Source of the DNA: Chiloscyllium plagiosum
Lineage: Eukaryota
DNA length: 64,000 bases
Assembly: GCF_004010195.1 (NCBI RefSeq)
Contig: NC_057751.1
Span: 13,664,267-13,728,266 of the forward strand
Direction: 5' to 3'
Shown here: positions 25,053 to 37,903 of the stretch, piece after piece
Layout: each line of letters starts with the position of its first letter
Position numbering within the stretch: position 1 is the stretch's first letter
The notes under the pieces: generated by a model
The model's input: only the letters and a program-made list of their open reading frames with translations
What the model was told of the DNA's origin: nothing
Database searches by the model: none
Position numbers and translations under genes: made by a program

Positions 25053-25869
25053 CTACAAATAGCACAAACATGAAGAATGCAAGTACAAAATGAAAAAGCT
25101 ACATCTCTCAGGAAAATTCATGAGTCAAGACAAATTAAAAATTGAAAAGCTACTGCTCAATAAAATATTCAATTAAACATTTTGAATTGAATGTTATGAT
25201 TCAAAGAGTATCTCAACAAAAACTGCCAGAGAAAATTACATTCAAAAAAGATTCAGCAAATCCTAAAATTCAATGCATGTTTTAATATTTTTACATGATC
25301 AAAAGCTGCCAGCTGTGAACATTTTACTCAGGAATTCTTTCAAAATACTTCATGAGTACTCCTTACAAACCTACATCTTCCTGTGAATGCAATATTTTGC
25401 TTGCAAGCGATTAATGTCCTTCTGCCAAGACATAGCACATGGATTGAGCTGCACCTTGGCAGACAACTGCAATACTGGAAATCCAGCATAAAGCATCTAC
25501 TCTACAGAGTATCATGAAACAGCACCAACTGTACCTATTGCTAATGTAAAATATCATTGGTCATGCAATCAGAAGCAGCAATATTTTAAAATGTGTTGCC
25601 AAATAAGTAGTGCAGCTTAATCATGCAAATGGACAAATGAAATATTGTGGAAGTATCAAGAATAAGCCATGATGCCTCTGTATTTCACTGCTACTATACA
25701 TAAAAGGGAAGGTGCCTCACTGCAGTGATACTGAAGCAGTATAACATATCAAGTAGATCTTCAATATCCAACTTACATTTCATGCCTGCAGGCAATCAGG
25801 ACAAGGAAACCTGGTCAACATGAATGTGTTGGGCCGAAGGGCCTGTTTCCATGCTGTATAACACTGACG

Positions 25870-27180
25870 ATATAAGTGATTGGACTTTTTGATTCAATGT
25901 TTTGAAGAGGTGACCAGGTGTGTGGATGAGAGTGATGCTTTTGATGTCATCAATTTGGAATTCAGCAAGGTTTTTGATCAGGTCCTGCATAAGGGACTTA
26001 TAGCAAGAGTCGATGGGATCCAAGGAAATCTGGCTTATTGGATCGACAATCTAATTTGTGGCAGGAAGCTCATGGTGATGATAGAGGGGAGTAATGGAAG
26101 TAATGTCCAGCAGGGTTCGGTGTTGGGGCACTTGCTATTTGAGTTGTAAATAAATGAATGTTGGAAGGTTGGTCAGTGAGTTGGCAGATGATACAAAAAT
26201 TGGTGGGAAGCAAATAGTGAGCAGGATAGCCTCAGATTACAAGAGGCTAGAGTCAGGCTATTCAATGTGCTGATTGGAAACAAACAGAAGTCAATCTGAA
26301 TAAATGTGAGGTGATGCAGGACAAACCAAGACAAGGGAATACATGATGAATGACTGGAATCTGGGAAGCACTAAGGATCAGAAGAACCTTGGCATGCAAG
26401 TGTACCAGTCCCTGTAGAGATCAGGATAGGTTGATGCAGTGGCTACAAAAGCATATGATATACTTTCTTTTATTAGCCAAGATTTATACTAAAACCACAT
26501 AAAACATTAGTTAGACCATGGCTGGAGCAGTGAATGCAGTTCTGCGATTCACACTGTAGGAGGAATAGCACTGGAGAGGGTCCAGAGGAGATTAACCAGG
26601 ATGTTACCTGGGCTGGTGAGTTTTAGTTCTGAAGACAGATCAGACAAACTGGGGTGTTTGTTCCCCTTGGAGCAGATCAGAGTGAGAAAGGACACAATTG
26701 AGTCAAAGAGCTGTGCAGCTTGGAAACAAACCCTTCGGTCCAAATCATTCATGCTGACCAAATTTCCTAAATTAATCTAGACTCATTGGTCAGCATTTGC
26801 CCCATAGCCTTCTAAACCCTTCCTATTCGTGTACCAATCCAGATGCCTTTAAAATGTTGATATATAAAATTATGAGGGATATAGATAGGGTGGATAGGAA
26901 AACACTTTTCTCCTCGATGGAGGGATCATTGATCAATAGCCTGAAGGTTGAGAGGGGATGGTGAAAAAGTTTTTTCACCCAGAGCGTGTTGGGAATTTGG
27001 AATTCCCTGCCTGTCGGGATGGTAGGAGTAGAAGCCCTCACAACATTTCAGAAAGATTGAGACGTGCACCTGTGATGTCAAGCCCAAATGTTGGAAAATG
27101 TTAGAATAGGTTCTTGTTTTATGCTAGTGCAGACATGATGGGCTGAACGGCCTCTTTCTGTACTGTAGATCTCTATGACA
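25870..27180 (+). mobile_element. Degenerate CR1 RT/3' region with an inverted CR1 3'-tail insert at ~26700-26860
   Basis: FEEVTRCVDE..AFDVINLEFSKVFDQVLH, VQQGSVLG.LLF motifs. Confidence 0.8.
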
Positions 27181-27345
27181 CGTATTTGAGAGAAATGGAC
27201 CTTATCAGCTTTAAAGGAGTAGAAATTAGATGGCTGGTTTCTCCTCATTTGTAAGTTGTGCCTAGGGTACATGAAGACTCTCTCATAAACATGATAAATT
27301 CCTATTATTTTTGTAGTTTCTCTTGCTATGTGCCACAATACATAC

Positions 27346-27517
27346 CAGTAATGGTATTCACAACAGTACGGAGAATGGTAGGGGGTCTGATCAGCTCCTT
27401 TAAAATATTAGACTCAGTTGCCAATGGGAAGCCATTGTCCAACATCTCTTCCAACACCTCATATACAACCACAACATTGTCTTTGATTGCCACCTCTGAA
27501 CAGGTTCCAAAATAATC
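27346..27517 (-). CDS. AP3M2: AP3M2 coding exon 2: DYFGTCSEVAIKDNVVVVYEVLEEMLDNGFPLATESNILKELIRPPTILRTVVNTITG
   Basis: TTTCTATCTAG acceptor, GTATGT donor, 172 nt. Confidence 0.97.
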
Positions 27518-29499
27518 CTAGATAGAAAGCAGATCAACAAACATCATCAATATTGGCAATAGTTAAGACATGTGAGATTTCATAAAATATTCCAACAATT
27601 CATTACGAATTACTTTTAGCTCTGATCTAAATCAGAGGCAGGGAAATTAATGAAAATGGACCGAGTTTTAATAATTTTAAAACTAATGATTGGAGATAAC
27701 TTAATAGTTACCTCATCTTCAATTGTTTATTTTTTTCAAATATTGGGTTTAATAATGCTGTGGACACCATTCATTGACCATTGAATTTAATACATTGAAA
27801 TAGCCAATAAAAAAAATGCTCCAGCATTCTCAGATTGATACACCTTGTCAAACTTGGCTTTCTGAATTGTGGGATATGATCGCCTAAGGCGTATTCTATA
27901 TCTTTTTGTGATTCACTGTCTTCAATGCAGCCAAGACCCTAGAATTCTGGGAATTTATAATAGGTCCATGTTCATGTGTCTCAACATATTTGTTAAGATC
28001 CCATATTTCATTTATATTGAATGGCCTCTCTCAAACATTAAGGAAGGACCATCTGTGTGGAATGAGCAAGGGAGCACTCGAAGTGATAATTTTGCATCCT
28101 TATCTGTATGCCATTATTCACAACAGTTAATCAAACAATGCCTTATCATGCCATAAGTCCACAAGCTAACAGCCAAGAACCATGGAATCAAATAGTACAG
28201 AAGAGACCCTTTGGCCCAACGAGTCTATCCTGCGAAAAATAACCAACCACCTGCATTAGTCCCATTTCCATGGACGAGGTCCACAGCTTTGGATGTTATG
28301 ACACTTGAAGTGCTCATCTACATAATTTCTATAAGGTAGAGAGGTTATCTGTTTCGACAATCTTTCCAAAAAGGGTACTCCAAACCCTCCCCAGCCTGTG
28401 AGCAAAAAAAGAAAGATCTTTCCTCAAATCCCCTCCCGCTTAACATTCAAGATAGAGAATTCCAAAGATTAACAACCCAGAGGAAACAAAAATCCTCATC
28501 TACTTAAAATGGGGGGACCCCTCACATTGAAATGGTCACCCTCTGCCATAAGGAGACATCTTCCCAGCACCTACACTGTCAAGTCCCCTTAGAGCCTCGT
28601 GCCAAAAGTATCAGCTGCATTCTTCTAAACTCCGAAATTCTAAACCTATCCCAAGAATCAACCTGCTCAACCTTGTCTAAACTGCCTCCAATGCACATAC
28701 AGTAGCGCCACTGTTATAATTTACTCAGCAAGTTGAAACCGCTGTGAAACACGCACTCTCTCCGGCAGAAGTGATTGAGAACAAAATATTGAATGTTTTC
28801 AAGGTGGAAGGACACATACTTTTTAGGGCTAAAGGAATCAAAGGGTACAGAGGGAAAGCAAGAACAAGGTTCCAAGTTGGAAGATCAGCCACGGTAGAGT
28901 TCAGCAAGGGCTGAATAGACTACTCCTGCTTTCTATGTTCTGAGGTTTTCCTTGAATGATCACGGATTCAATTTTCTTTCCATCTGACCAAGAGTCTCTC
29001 CTGCTTTCATGCCCTGCCATTGGTTTATGCTCGAAAGATTTGCAAGTTAATATTCAACGAGTTTAGCTGCATAATGTATGCACTTTGTGGCCACCAAGTC
29101 CTCAGGTGAGACAAGACTCTGGCTTGGAAACAGGGATGTAACCCACTGTGTCACAAGGCCAGCACACTGTCATGAGACAGACTGCAAAACCTAATGCAGG
29201 TGGTGTTACCAATGCCCTCTATAGTGATACAAGACTTCCCTAATTTTATGCTGATGCAACATTACATTTACCTTACTAATTACTTGCTGGAACTCTATGC
29301 TAACTTTAATTCAAATACAAGGACACTCAGATCCCACGTACCGCAAATTATTTTTCTCTTTTGTTCTTCCTTCCAAAGTGGACAGCTTCACATTTCCCCT
29401 ATGTTTTACTGTATATGCTAAATTTTGACGAGTCACTTAACCTCTTTATATTCATTTGCAGACACAATCCATCCTCCATGCAATTTGCATTCCGAACTA

Positions 29500-29880
29500 C
29501 AGTCATACAGCACAGAAACAGACCCTTCGGTCCAACCAGTCCGTGCTGAACATAATCCCAAACTAAATTAGTCCTACGTGCTGGCGCTTAGCCCATATCC
29601 CTCTGAACATTTCTTGTTCATGTATTCATGCACATGTCTTTTAAACGCTGTAATTGTACACACATCCACCACTTCTTCTGGAAGTTCATTTCAGATATGA
29701 ACATTCCCTGTATTAAAAAAAGTCTCATGTCTTCTTGAAGTTTTTCTCCTCTTACCTTAAAAATATGCCCCCTTGTTTTAAAACTGCCCATCCTCAGGAA
29801 AGAACACCTGCTATTCACATTATCTATGCTCATGGTTTTATAAACCTTTGTAAAGCCACCCCTCAACCAGTGAAAAAATT
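29500..29880 (-). mobile_element. CR1 LINE 3' end
   Basis: Reverse-complement similarity to 19146-19533. Confidence 0.8.
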
Positions 29881-32124
29881 CCCAGTCTCTCCTAAAAAGT
29901 CAAAGTCAAAGCTCCATTTTGTATTGTTAGCAAATTTGTTAGCACACTTAGTCTTTTCATTTAAATCATGAATAAAAGACAAGAAATAGTTCAGGGCCCA
30001 CCTCCAGGGTCACCCCATTTGTTTCAGATTACCAAATCTTGAAATGACTTTTTTATCCTGACTGTTTTCTGCCACTGAAACAATCCTATGCCATGGTAAT
30101 ATATTTCTCCCAACAATGAACTCTGTTGCGCAGCATAAGGCATGTGATCAAATATTTTAAAGGAAATCCAAAAGCATTACATTTGCACTTCTTCAGTCTT
30201 CAAGGACCTACACACAATTTAAAAAACTTTAGAAGGTGACAACCAAGCCGTCCACAGTCTGTACTCCCTCCTTTTTTTTTTAAAAAAAAAAGTGCAAGGA
30301 TGCGAGTCATCAGATCCAAGGGACTGGTCTTCCAGTACTTTTTCTCCATTGATGGTGACTATTTTAAGTTCCTCTGTCATGTTTGCCCCTTAATTTTCTG
30401 CAATTCTTGGGAGACTTTTCATGTGGTCTAGAGTGTAAGATAGTCCAAAAGGTGCTCAAAGAATCTTCTTGCTGCCCGCAACTAATTCGACATGTTTAAC
30501 ATTTCAGACACTCTTACTAGAGTACTCTATCCTTTTTTTAGATATCAATAGGCAAGTTCATTAGTCTATAAAGGCAGAACACCAGGACCATATTTTCAGT
30601 TCCAAAGTGTTTTGAAACTACTGGGCTTGTATGCACTCTGTTTCCATCCCTTAAGATGGCTGGCAACCACAGTATCAAGGTCACTTTTTCTTACCTTTGA
30701 TGATTTTGAAGGAGCATATGACACAAGTAGGGCTAACCAACAAGCATAAGCCGATAGTTATGCAATTTGCTACCTGAGGGCAGTATCAGACCTACCACAT
30801 GACTTGACAGGTGATCATGGGATCTGACAAAGATTCTGCTGTGCTTTCTTAAGAATTTGATTTCATGTGCTCTGTTTATCAATGGATCTTTTCTCTTGTC
30901 CATTTGTGACAAGGAGTGCTCAATAGTTATCTTGGGAACTGTACACTGTCTCTGTATGGTCACCGTTCATCACAAGTGCAGAAAACTACACAGTTAGTTT
31001 TGTGCCTCATCATATTGATTTATGAACACAGCTAGCTGCTGAGCTGGATAATCTTGTCAAATAATATGGTTCAGTAGTTGGCGAGGTCCAAACAAAAACA
31101 GACAACAGATATTACACAAAGTCAGTCATTCATTCATTCTGAACAGGGATCAACCATTGCAAATCTCGATCCATTCGTAACGATCTACTCTTACAAAAAA
31201 AAGAAGCATTTCATGGTCAAATCAACTGATTACAGCCAACTGCAATTGGACAGAATAATAATTATTTCTTGCAAAGCAACACAAACTGTTGCAAGGATCA
31301 CCTACAACATGAGCTATGCAGCATCTGTTAACATGAATATTTAAATGATGGAGGATCACGTTCACTGTCCAGATCAGGTTTTATTCTGTCTTAGTTAAGG
31401 TGGTAGGATACATCTCAGTAGAACTGGTAGTCTGTACACTGGAATGAACAAATTGCAAGGCTACAGGGAAAGGGCAGGGGAGATGGGGGAGCTGTATTTT
31501 TCAGGATGGTATGAAGTGAGGTTTTCCAGGGATTTGTTTGTGGCTGACTCTATTTTGACTAAAAATAATGATCTCAACTCAATTATAAGAGCACAATTTC
31601 AGAATGTGAAGAAGCCAAAAAATGTAGAAGGTGAACAGTGATACTCTTAAAGAGAACCTGGATAGGGTAATGCATAGAAGTAGACACATGGAAGGTGCAA
31701 TTTACTATTGAGAAGTGTGAAGTGATAAATGTGAAGAGCCTCCAACTGAATTGGTAATGGACAGGGAAAGTGTACTTTGGGCCCCTTCGTGCAGGGAGTG
31801 GTGTCCTCGGTCGACTGGGAAGGGATTGGGTCGATTGGGCAAGAGAAAAAGCAAAAGAGCAGAAAGCCAGGATTTACAAGCAGGAAGCCTCAGATGGCTC
31901 GAGAACCAGGAAAGGGTATTGCAACAGAGATGAAACTGATAAATACTAAGAAGCCTCAGAGAGAAGGGAGGTGGAGGGAGAAAGAAGAGTGGAGGGAGGG
32001 AGGGAGAAAGGAGGAGAGAAGGAGAAAGACGAGTGAGGGAGCAAAGAGAAGAATGAGAGAGAGAAGACTGAGAAAGAAAGAAGAAACAAAAAAAAAGGTA
32101 AAGACATTGTTATCCTACCTGCAC

Positions 32125-33865
32125 ACAAAGGACACCTGACAGTCATTCAAATCGAAGAGATGACGTTGAAAAAGCAAACACACTACTTACAGATACCAAC
32201 ACTTACCCACAAGTGGCAATAGCTCAGACCCACAACTTGAGGACCAAATCACAGCCTTACTCAAAAAAACTTCAGAAATCTGGAGAAATAAATAAGACTA
32301 ACTTCCAAAAAATGAAACCAGATGAAGCCAACACACCACACTTCCACTGACTACCCAAAATTCACAAACCAGGAGCCCCCCTCAGACCCATAGTCGCACT
32401 ACCTGGAACCTCCAGATTAGCCAAAGAGCTACACCAAAGACTAAAACACTTAGTAGAAGACTCACGCCACTCCACCCAAGAATTTCTGAATACTAAAGAC
32501 ACTAAGACAGAAGAGGATGAAATAATGGTCTCCTTTGATGTAACAGCCCTGTTTACATCAATCAACATTAGCCTGGACAAGAAAATACTGACTACACTAT
32601 TAGAAGACCCAAAGACACATGCACCAAACACCACTAACTTCATCAGCAAGGACAGTAATGTCAAGCTAGTGGACCTATACCTTACCACACACTTCACCTT
32701 CAACAACAAACCTACGGAATACCCACGGGATCCCTGATATCAGGATTCTTAGCAGAGGTAGTAATGCAGAGACTCGAACAAACCGCTCTGCCAACCACCC
32801 AACTCAAGCTTTGGGTCTGCCATGTGGATGACACCTTTGTCATCACAAAACGAAGCAAATTAGAGGAAACCTTCAAGACCGTTAATAATAATACCCTTAC
32901 TGGCATAAAATTCACTAAAAGGAGGAAGACGACAACTAACTGCCATTCCCAAATATCACAGTAGAGCGAACAGCCAATGGTCAACTTCAAACCTGCGTCT
33001 ACAGGAAAACAACACATACAGAGCAAATATTGAACTACAGATGCCATCATCCCCAACACCCACCATCGAAGCTGCATCAGAACATCATTTCAACGAGCCA
33101 ACACACACTGCAGCACAGGAACTACGCACAGCAGAGGAAAATCATCTATACCGGGTATTCAAAAATAATGGATACCCAATGAACATAGTCCACCAATTTC
33201 ACAGCAACAAACCCAAACAAGTAGACAAAACTTGTCCAGAAACCCTAGCCATTCTCCCCTACAAAGACATGTCAGAAATGACTGCCAGACTACTCAGACC
33301 TCTTGGCATCATGGTAGCCCACAAACCCACCAACACACTAAAACAGCAGCTAATGAACTTGAAAGACCCTTTAGACAACAAGCAAAACTAATGTCATTTA
33401 CAAAATACTGTGCAAGGACTGTAACAAACACTACATTGGACAAACAGGCAGAAAACTAGCCACCAGGTTACATGAACACCAACTAGCCACAAAATGACAT
33501 GACCCTCTCTCACTAGTATCCTTACATATAGATAAAGAAGGGCACCACTTCGACTGGGACAACACATCTATCCTAGGACAAGCCAAACAGAGACACGCAC
33601 GGGAATTCCTAGAAGCATGGCATTCTAACCGGAACTCTAGCACCAAACACATCAAGTTCGATCCCATCCACCACCCCCTAAGAAAAGGAGCAGGAAATAA
33701 TGTCACCACAGGAAATGACATCACTAACCCAAAGAAACCCAAACTTATAAATAGAAAGCAGGAATCATGTACAGTGCTTCGCCTGGAGGCCCACTGAAGA
33801 TGTTACCCAGTAGGGTGGTGAAACGTCTAGAAATGAACCTTCCAGCTCAGCGAGCAAACCCACCT
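32125..33865 (+). mobile_element. Decayed Penelope-like element (Poseidon-like): RT, GIY-YIG endonuclease and pLTR
   Basis: LPKIHKPGAPLRPIV, MVSFDVTALFTSI, WVCHVDDTF, VYRK, VIYKI.CKDC.KHYIGQTGR.L..RLHEH, FDWDNTSILG; frameshifts and stops; hammerhead-like CTGAAGA...GAAACGTC at ~33794-33827; embedded in a purine-rich tract. Confidence 0.92.
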
Positions 33866-34502
33866 CCAAAAAGGAAGAACAATAGAAAGAGAAATGAAGT
33901 AAAGAAAGAAATGAGAGAGAGCAAAATTAGAGAAAAGAGGAGAGAGGGGAGATGGAAAGAAGCTGGGAGTTGGAATCAAGTTCAAGGGTGATGGCTTATT
34001 ATATCTGGGAGGTGTCAAGATAACAGAGGAGGTGGAAGTGCCAGTGTTGCACTGCAGTGGACACAGTCAAAAATCACACAAAACCACCTTATAGGCCAAC
34101 AGGATTAGTTGAAACCACAAGCTTTCAAAGTCCCCCTCCTTCCTCAGATGGCTAGTGAGTGAGAATACATCAGACGCAGAATTTATAGTAAAAGATCAAA
34201 GGATCATACAACTGATGCAAATGTATTGAACAAACCTATATGGCCATCAATCAGTTAGAACAGAGGTGCAGGTTTTGATGGATTAGTACGTAAATCCCAG
34301 AATTTCTTTCAATTTACTGCCCCAAGATAACATCAGGTTTTATCAGAATAAACTGTGACACCTCAGGTCAAACAATGCATTTTAGGTCTGAGGCCTTGTT
34401 TTGAGGTAAAAACAATGACTGCAGATGCTGGAAACCAGATTGTGGATTAGTGGTGCTGGAAGAGCACAGCAATTCAGGCAGCATCCGAGGACAGGCAAAA
34501 TC

Positions 34503-34530
34503 GACGTTTCGGGCAAAAGCCCTTCATCAG
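34503..34530 (-). ncRNA. Minimal hammerhead ribozyme motif, copy 1 (sense to AP3M2)
   Basis: CTGATGA-A-GGGC TTTT GCCC-GAAAC-GTC. Confidence 0.65.
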
Positions 34531-34782
34531 GAATAAAGGCAGAGAGCCTGAAGCATGGAGAGATAAGCTAGAGGAGGGTGGGGGTGGGGAGAGAGTAGCA
34601 TAGAGTTCTTGTAGAGAGAAGAGGAAAACTTCTTCAAGGCAGGCATCCTTGCAAGAGGATTCGCAGTAGGGTTAAAATCAACGAGGTAAAAACAATGACT
34701 GCAGATGCTGGAAACCAGATTCTGGATCAGTGGTGCTGGAAGAGCACAGCAATTCAGGCAGCATCCGAGGACAGGCAAAATC

Positions 34783-34810
34783 GACGTTTCGGGCAAAAGC
34801 CCTTCATCAG
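34783..34810 (-). ncRNA. Minimal hammerhead ribozyme motif, copy 2 (identical, sense to AP3M2)
   Basis: CTGATGA-A-GGGC TTTT GCCC-GAAAC-GTC. Confidence 0.65.
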
Positions 34811-34813
34811 GAA

Positions 34814-34947
34814 GTGTCAGGGAGTTCTGCATTATTGGAGGTGCCAGGCAGTACTGCATTATTGGCGGTGTCAGGGAGTGCGACATTATTGGACATGTCA
34901 GGGAATGCTGCATTATTGAAGGTGTCAGGGAGTGCTGCATTATTGGA
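34814..34947. repeat. 27-bp minisatellite, ~5 copies (GTGTCAGGGAGTGCTGCATTATTGGAG)
   Basis: Directly visible tandem units. Confidence 0.9.
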
Positions 34948-37903
34948 TTCCTGCGGTGGCAGGGGAAAGTGCCAGGATGGGAGGGTGGGTCGTGGACCTG
35001 ACCAGGTAGTCACGGAGGGGACGGTCTTTGCGGAAGGCGGAGAGGGGTGGGAGGGAAATATATCCCTGGTGGTGGGGTCTGTTTGGAGGTGGCGGAAATG
35101 TCGGCGGATGATTTGGTTTATGCGAAGGTTGGTAGGGTGGAAGGTGAGCACCAGGGGCGTTCTGTCCTTGTTGCGGTTGGAGGGGTTGGGTCTGAGGGCG
35201 GAGGTGCGGGATGTGGATGAGATGCGTTGGAGGGCATCTTTAACCACGTGGGAAGGGAAATTGCGGTCTCTAAAGAAGGAGGCCATCTGGTGTGTTCTAT
35301 GGTGGAACCGCTCCTCCTGGGAGCAGATACGGCGGAGGCGGAGGAATTGAGAATACGGGATGGCATTTTTGCAAGGGTGATGGTTTATTATATCTGGGAG
35401 GTGTCATGATAACAGAGGAGGTGGAAGTGCCAGTGTTGCACTGCAGTGGACACAGTCAAAAATCACACAAAACCAGGTAGAGGTAGGGTGGGAAGAGGTG
35501 TAATCCTTGTTTTGAGTCTGTTTGTGTCTCAACCTGGCGTCAGACTGGCTTTATTTCCAAAGTAGGAATTGATGAAAAGCCACATGGACTGACTGCCTAC
35601 AGACCGTGTGTTTTTTGAACAAAATAGAATGTATCTGCAAATGCAAATTCACCCCATAGATTTATATACGTGTGCTTGTGTCAGGTAGTGTGTGTGCGCG
35701 CACGTGCGCGTGTCAGGTAGTGTGTGAGAAAGGGAGCATGAGTGTGTCTGAACTTGTTAACTGACTGGTTATAAATCAGGAGTGAAGCTCTCCAACAATA
35801 TTCTCATAAATCTGCAGCATCAGGCTAATGTGCATAGTCAACATTTTATTCCTGTTAGTTACCCTAATCCATCAAAGTTCATAAAGATCAATTGCCAAGG
35901 GAATAAGGAATCCCTCTTTTATAATCTTCATGCAATTTCAATTGCTTGATATATTCAGAAGAACAAAGAGAGTAGTTATGAAAAAATTGCAATTCTTAGG
36001 AGAGTTCAGGAACAGAGAAGCCAAGTGTGATGGGTGCACAGAATTGGTGAAGGTAACAGAAAAGATATAAAAAGTAATTTCGAAAGGTGGGATTCTGAGT
36101 TTCCCCATGTACAGAAGCAGACTACAGGAGTCAGGAAGTTAGGATGAACCTTTATGAAACACTGATTTGGCCTCAATGGAAGGATTGTGTCCAATTCTAA
36201 ACACTGCATTTTAAAAAGAATGCAGAAAAGATTTAAAGTAGAGGATCCAGGGATTAGGAATTTTGTGGGTAGACTGGAGAAGCTGAGGTTATCATCTTTG
36301 GAAATTTTGAAAGATGTTCAAAATCATGACAGGGTCTACAGGAAGCCACCAAAGAAGAACTGATCCTTTTAGTGGAAGGATCAATTGCCTGGTGACAGAA
36401 ATATCAATCTAACTGACAAAGTACCAACAGCAAGCTGAGAAAAGATGTTTCACTTACCTATTAAAAAAAGACAGTGACTGATTAGTACTTGAAATGCACT
36501 GCCTAAGCATATGGTAGAGATATATTCAATTGTGGTTGTGAAAAGGGCAATGAGTCACCAGAGTAGAAACAATTTTTATGGCTATGTGGAAAAGGCAGGA
36601 GTGTGACTGAGCTGAGCTGTTTTTGTAGATAGCAGAACAAGGACCATCTCGATATCTCTTGAAGAAGAACTATCACTATCTCACCATGCCATAAAAATTT
36701 GTTCATTCCTCAAATTTGGAGTTTGAGATTTAGTCAGGGGAATAGCAACAGGTGGGATAAATAACTTACAATTATCTTGGGGCAGGAATGGGGCAATGAT
36801 CTGATGACAGTCTCTTCCCCAAATAGATTTGGTGAATGGACATGTGCATATACAGTGGTTAGAAAACACAAGCTGTGAAAATGCAGACTCAAATAATTGA
36901 CTCTACTTCAAACCGATGAAATTCCAACGGGAACTCCATTAACATGGCCACAGTAGAGCTGGAGCACTCTGACAACTGTCTTCTTTCGAACTCTGGTAGC
37001 AGTACAAAACCGATACCAGCCATTAACATTGTTCCATTCCACTCAATGCATCACTTTGTTTTTCAACCTGGCCATCAAACTGCAAAAGGTATTGTCCACG
37101 TAAATTCTATTTGCGGCTCGTTAACAACAGAGTTTCTTCAGTAAAGTACTGTTATTATTTCAGCTGACGTATGCTATAATTACTGGATAAGTTCAGACTT
37201 TTGACTGGACTCTTGCTTGACTGATCATATTTGTCTGTTTTGGTTTTCACAAAGTAGTCTTTCACTGAACATAAGCAAGCAATGTTGTGGATTTGCTGTG
37301 TTAAGAAAGTTTCAGTGCGGTAAGATACTTCACACAGTTGTTTTAAAATGTGAGGTAATGAGAAAGAAGGAGAGAAATCAACTCCTAAATTTAGCTTCCC
37401 TACTTCATCTGGAAGCATGAATTGTAGCACATGATCGTGTACGTGTTTGCAGAAGTCAACACATGATGAACCAGATCATAGCAGGACACAATGACTCTTA
37501 TGTTAACCCACTGAAGCAACTCAGGCCTGTGTGTCACAGACTGGGTCATGCACTTGACAATAATTAAAGATGTCAAGATTCCTATTTGTGCCGTAGCTGT
37601 GAGATCTATAGTGAAATAGAATCAGCCATTGTCTTGAACTTAACAAGACAGATGGTTTTGTACTCTACTCCTTAATCATTCGGGGAGCATTTGAGACCAT
37701 AATGTGCTTCTATAGATTTTTCTTTTGCCTCTTCTGATATAAGAAAAACCAGGAACTTGCAGTGACTGTAGCATTCTGTCAACTTGTTTGCAGCGTTCTC
37801 TTTTGCCAATTGAAGGGATTGGAATCAAGTTGACCTCGTCAACGGCAAAGTGTTTGATTGGGGCTGTTAACCTGGACCAATCAAGAAATCCTTGGCTGAC
37901 CAG

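Larger units (their letters stand above)
34406..35504 (-). mobile_element. Young chimeric Penelope (family B, Neptune-like) insertion: tandem pLTRs, 27-bp minisatellite, ORF fragment and captured local DNA
   Basis: Direct repeat 34403-34533 / 34683-34813; TSD CCTTGTTTTGAG at 34394-34405 and 35505-35516; ORF MASFFRDRNFP...PLVLTFHPTNLRI. Confidence 0.88.
34030..35690 (-). mobile_element. Older Penelope 3' fragment (family C) interrupted by a younger chimeric insertion at 34406-35504
   Basis: Similar to 1458-1790; continuity restored across the TSD CCTTGTTTTGAG. Confidence 0.65.

Noticed and set aside
31777..32139. 120-aa Lys/Glu/Arg-rich ORF
   Set aside because: Purine-rich low-complexity tract, no splice or homology support
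34814..34947. Regularly spaced repeats resembling a CRISPR array
   Set aside because: Contiguous tandem units without unique spacers in eukaryotic DNA; a minisatellite
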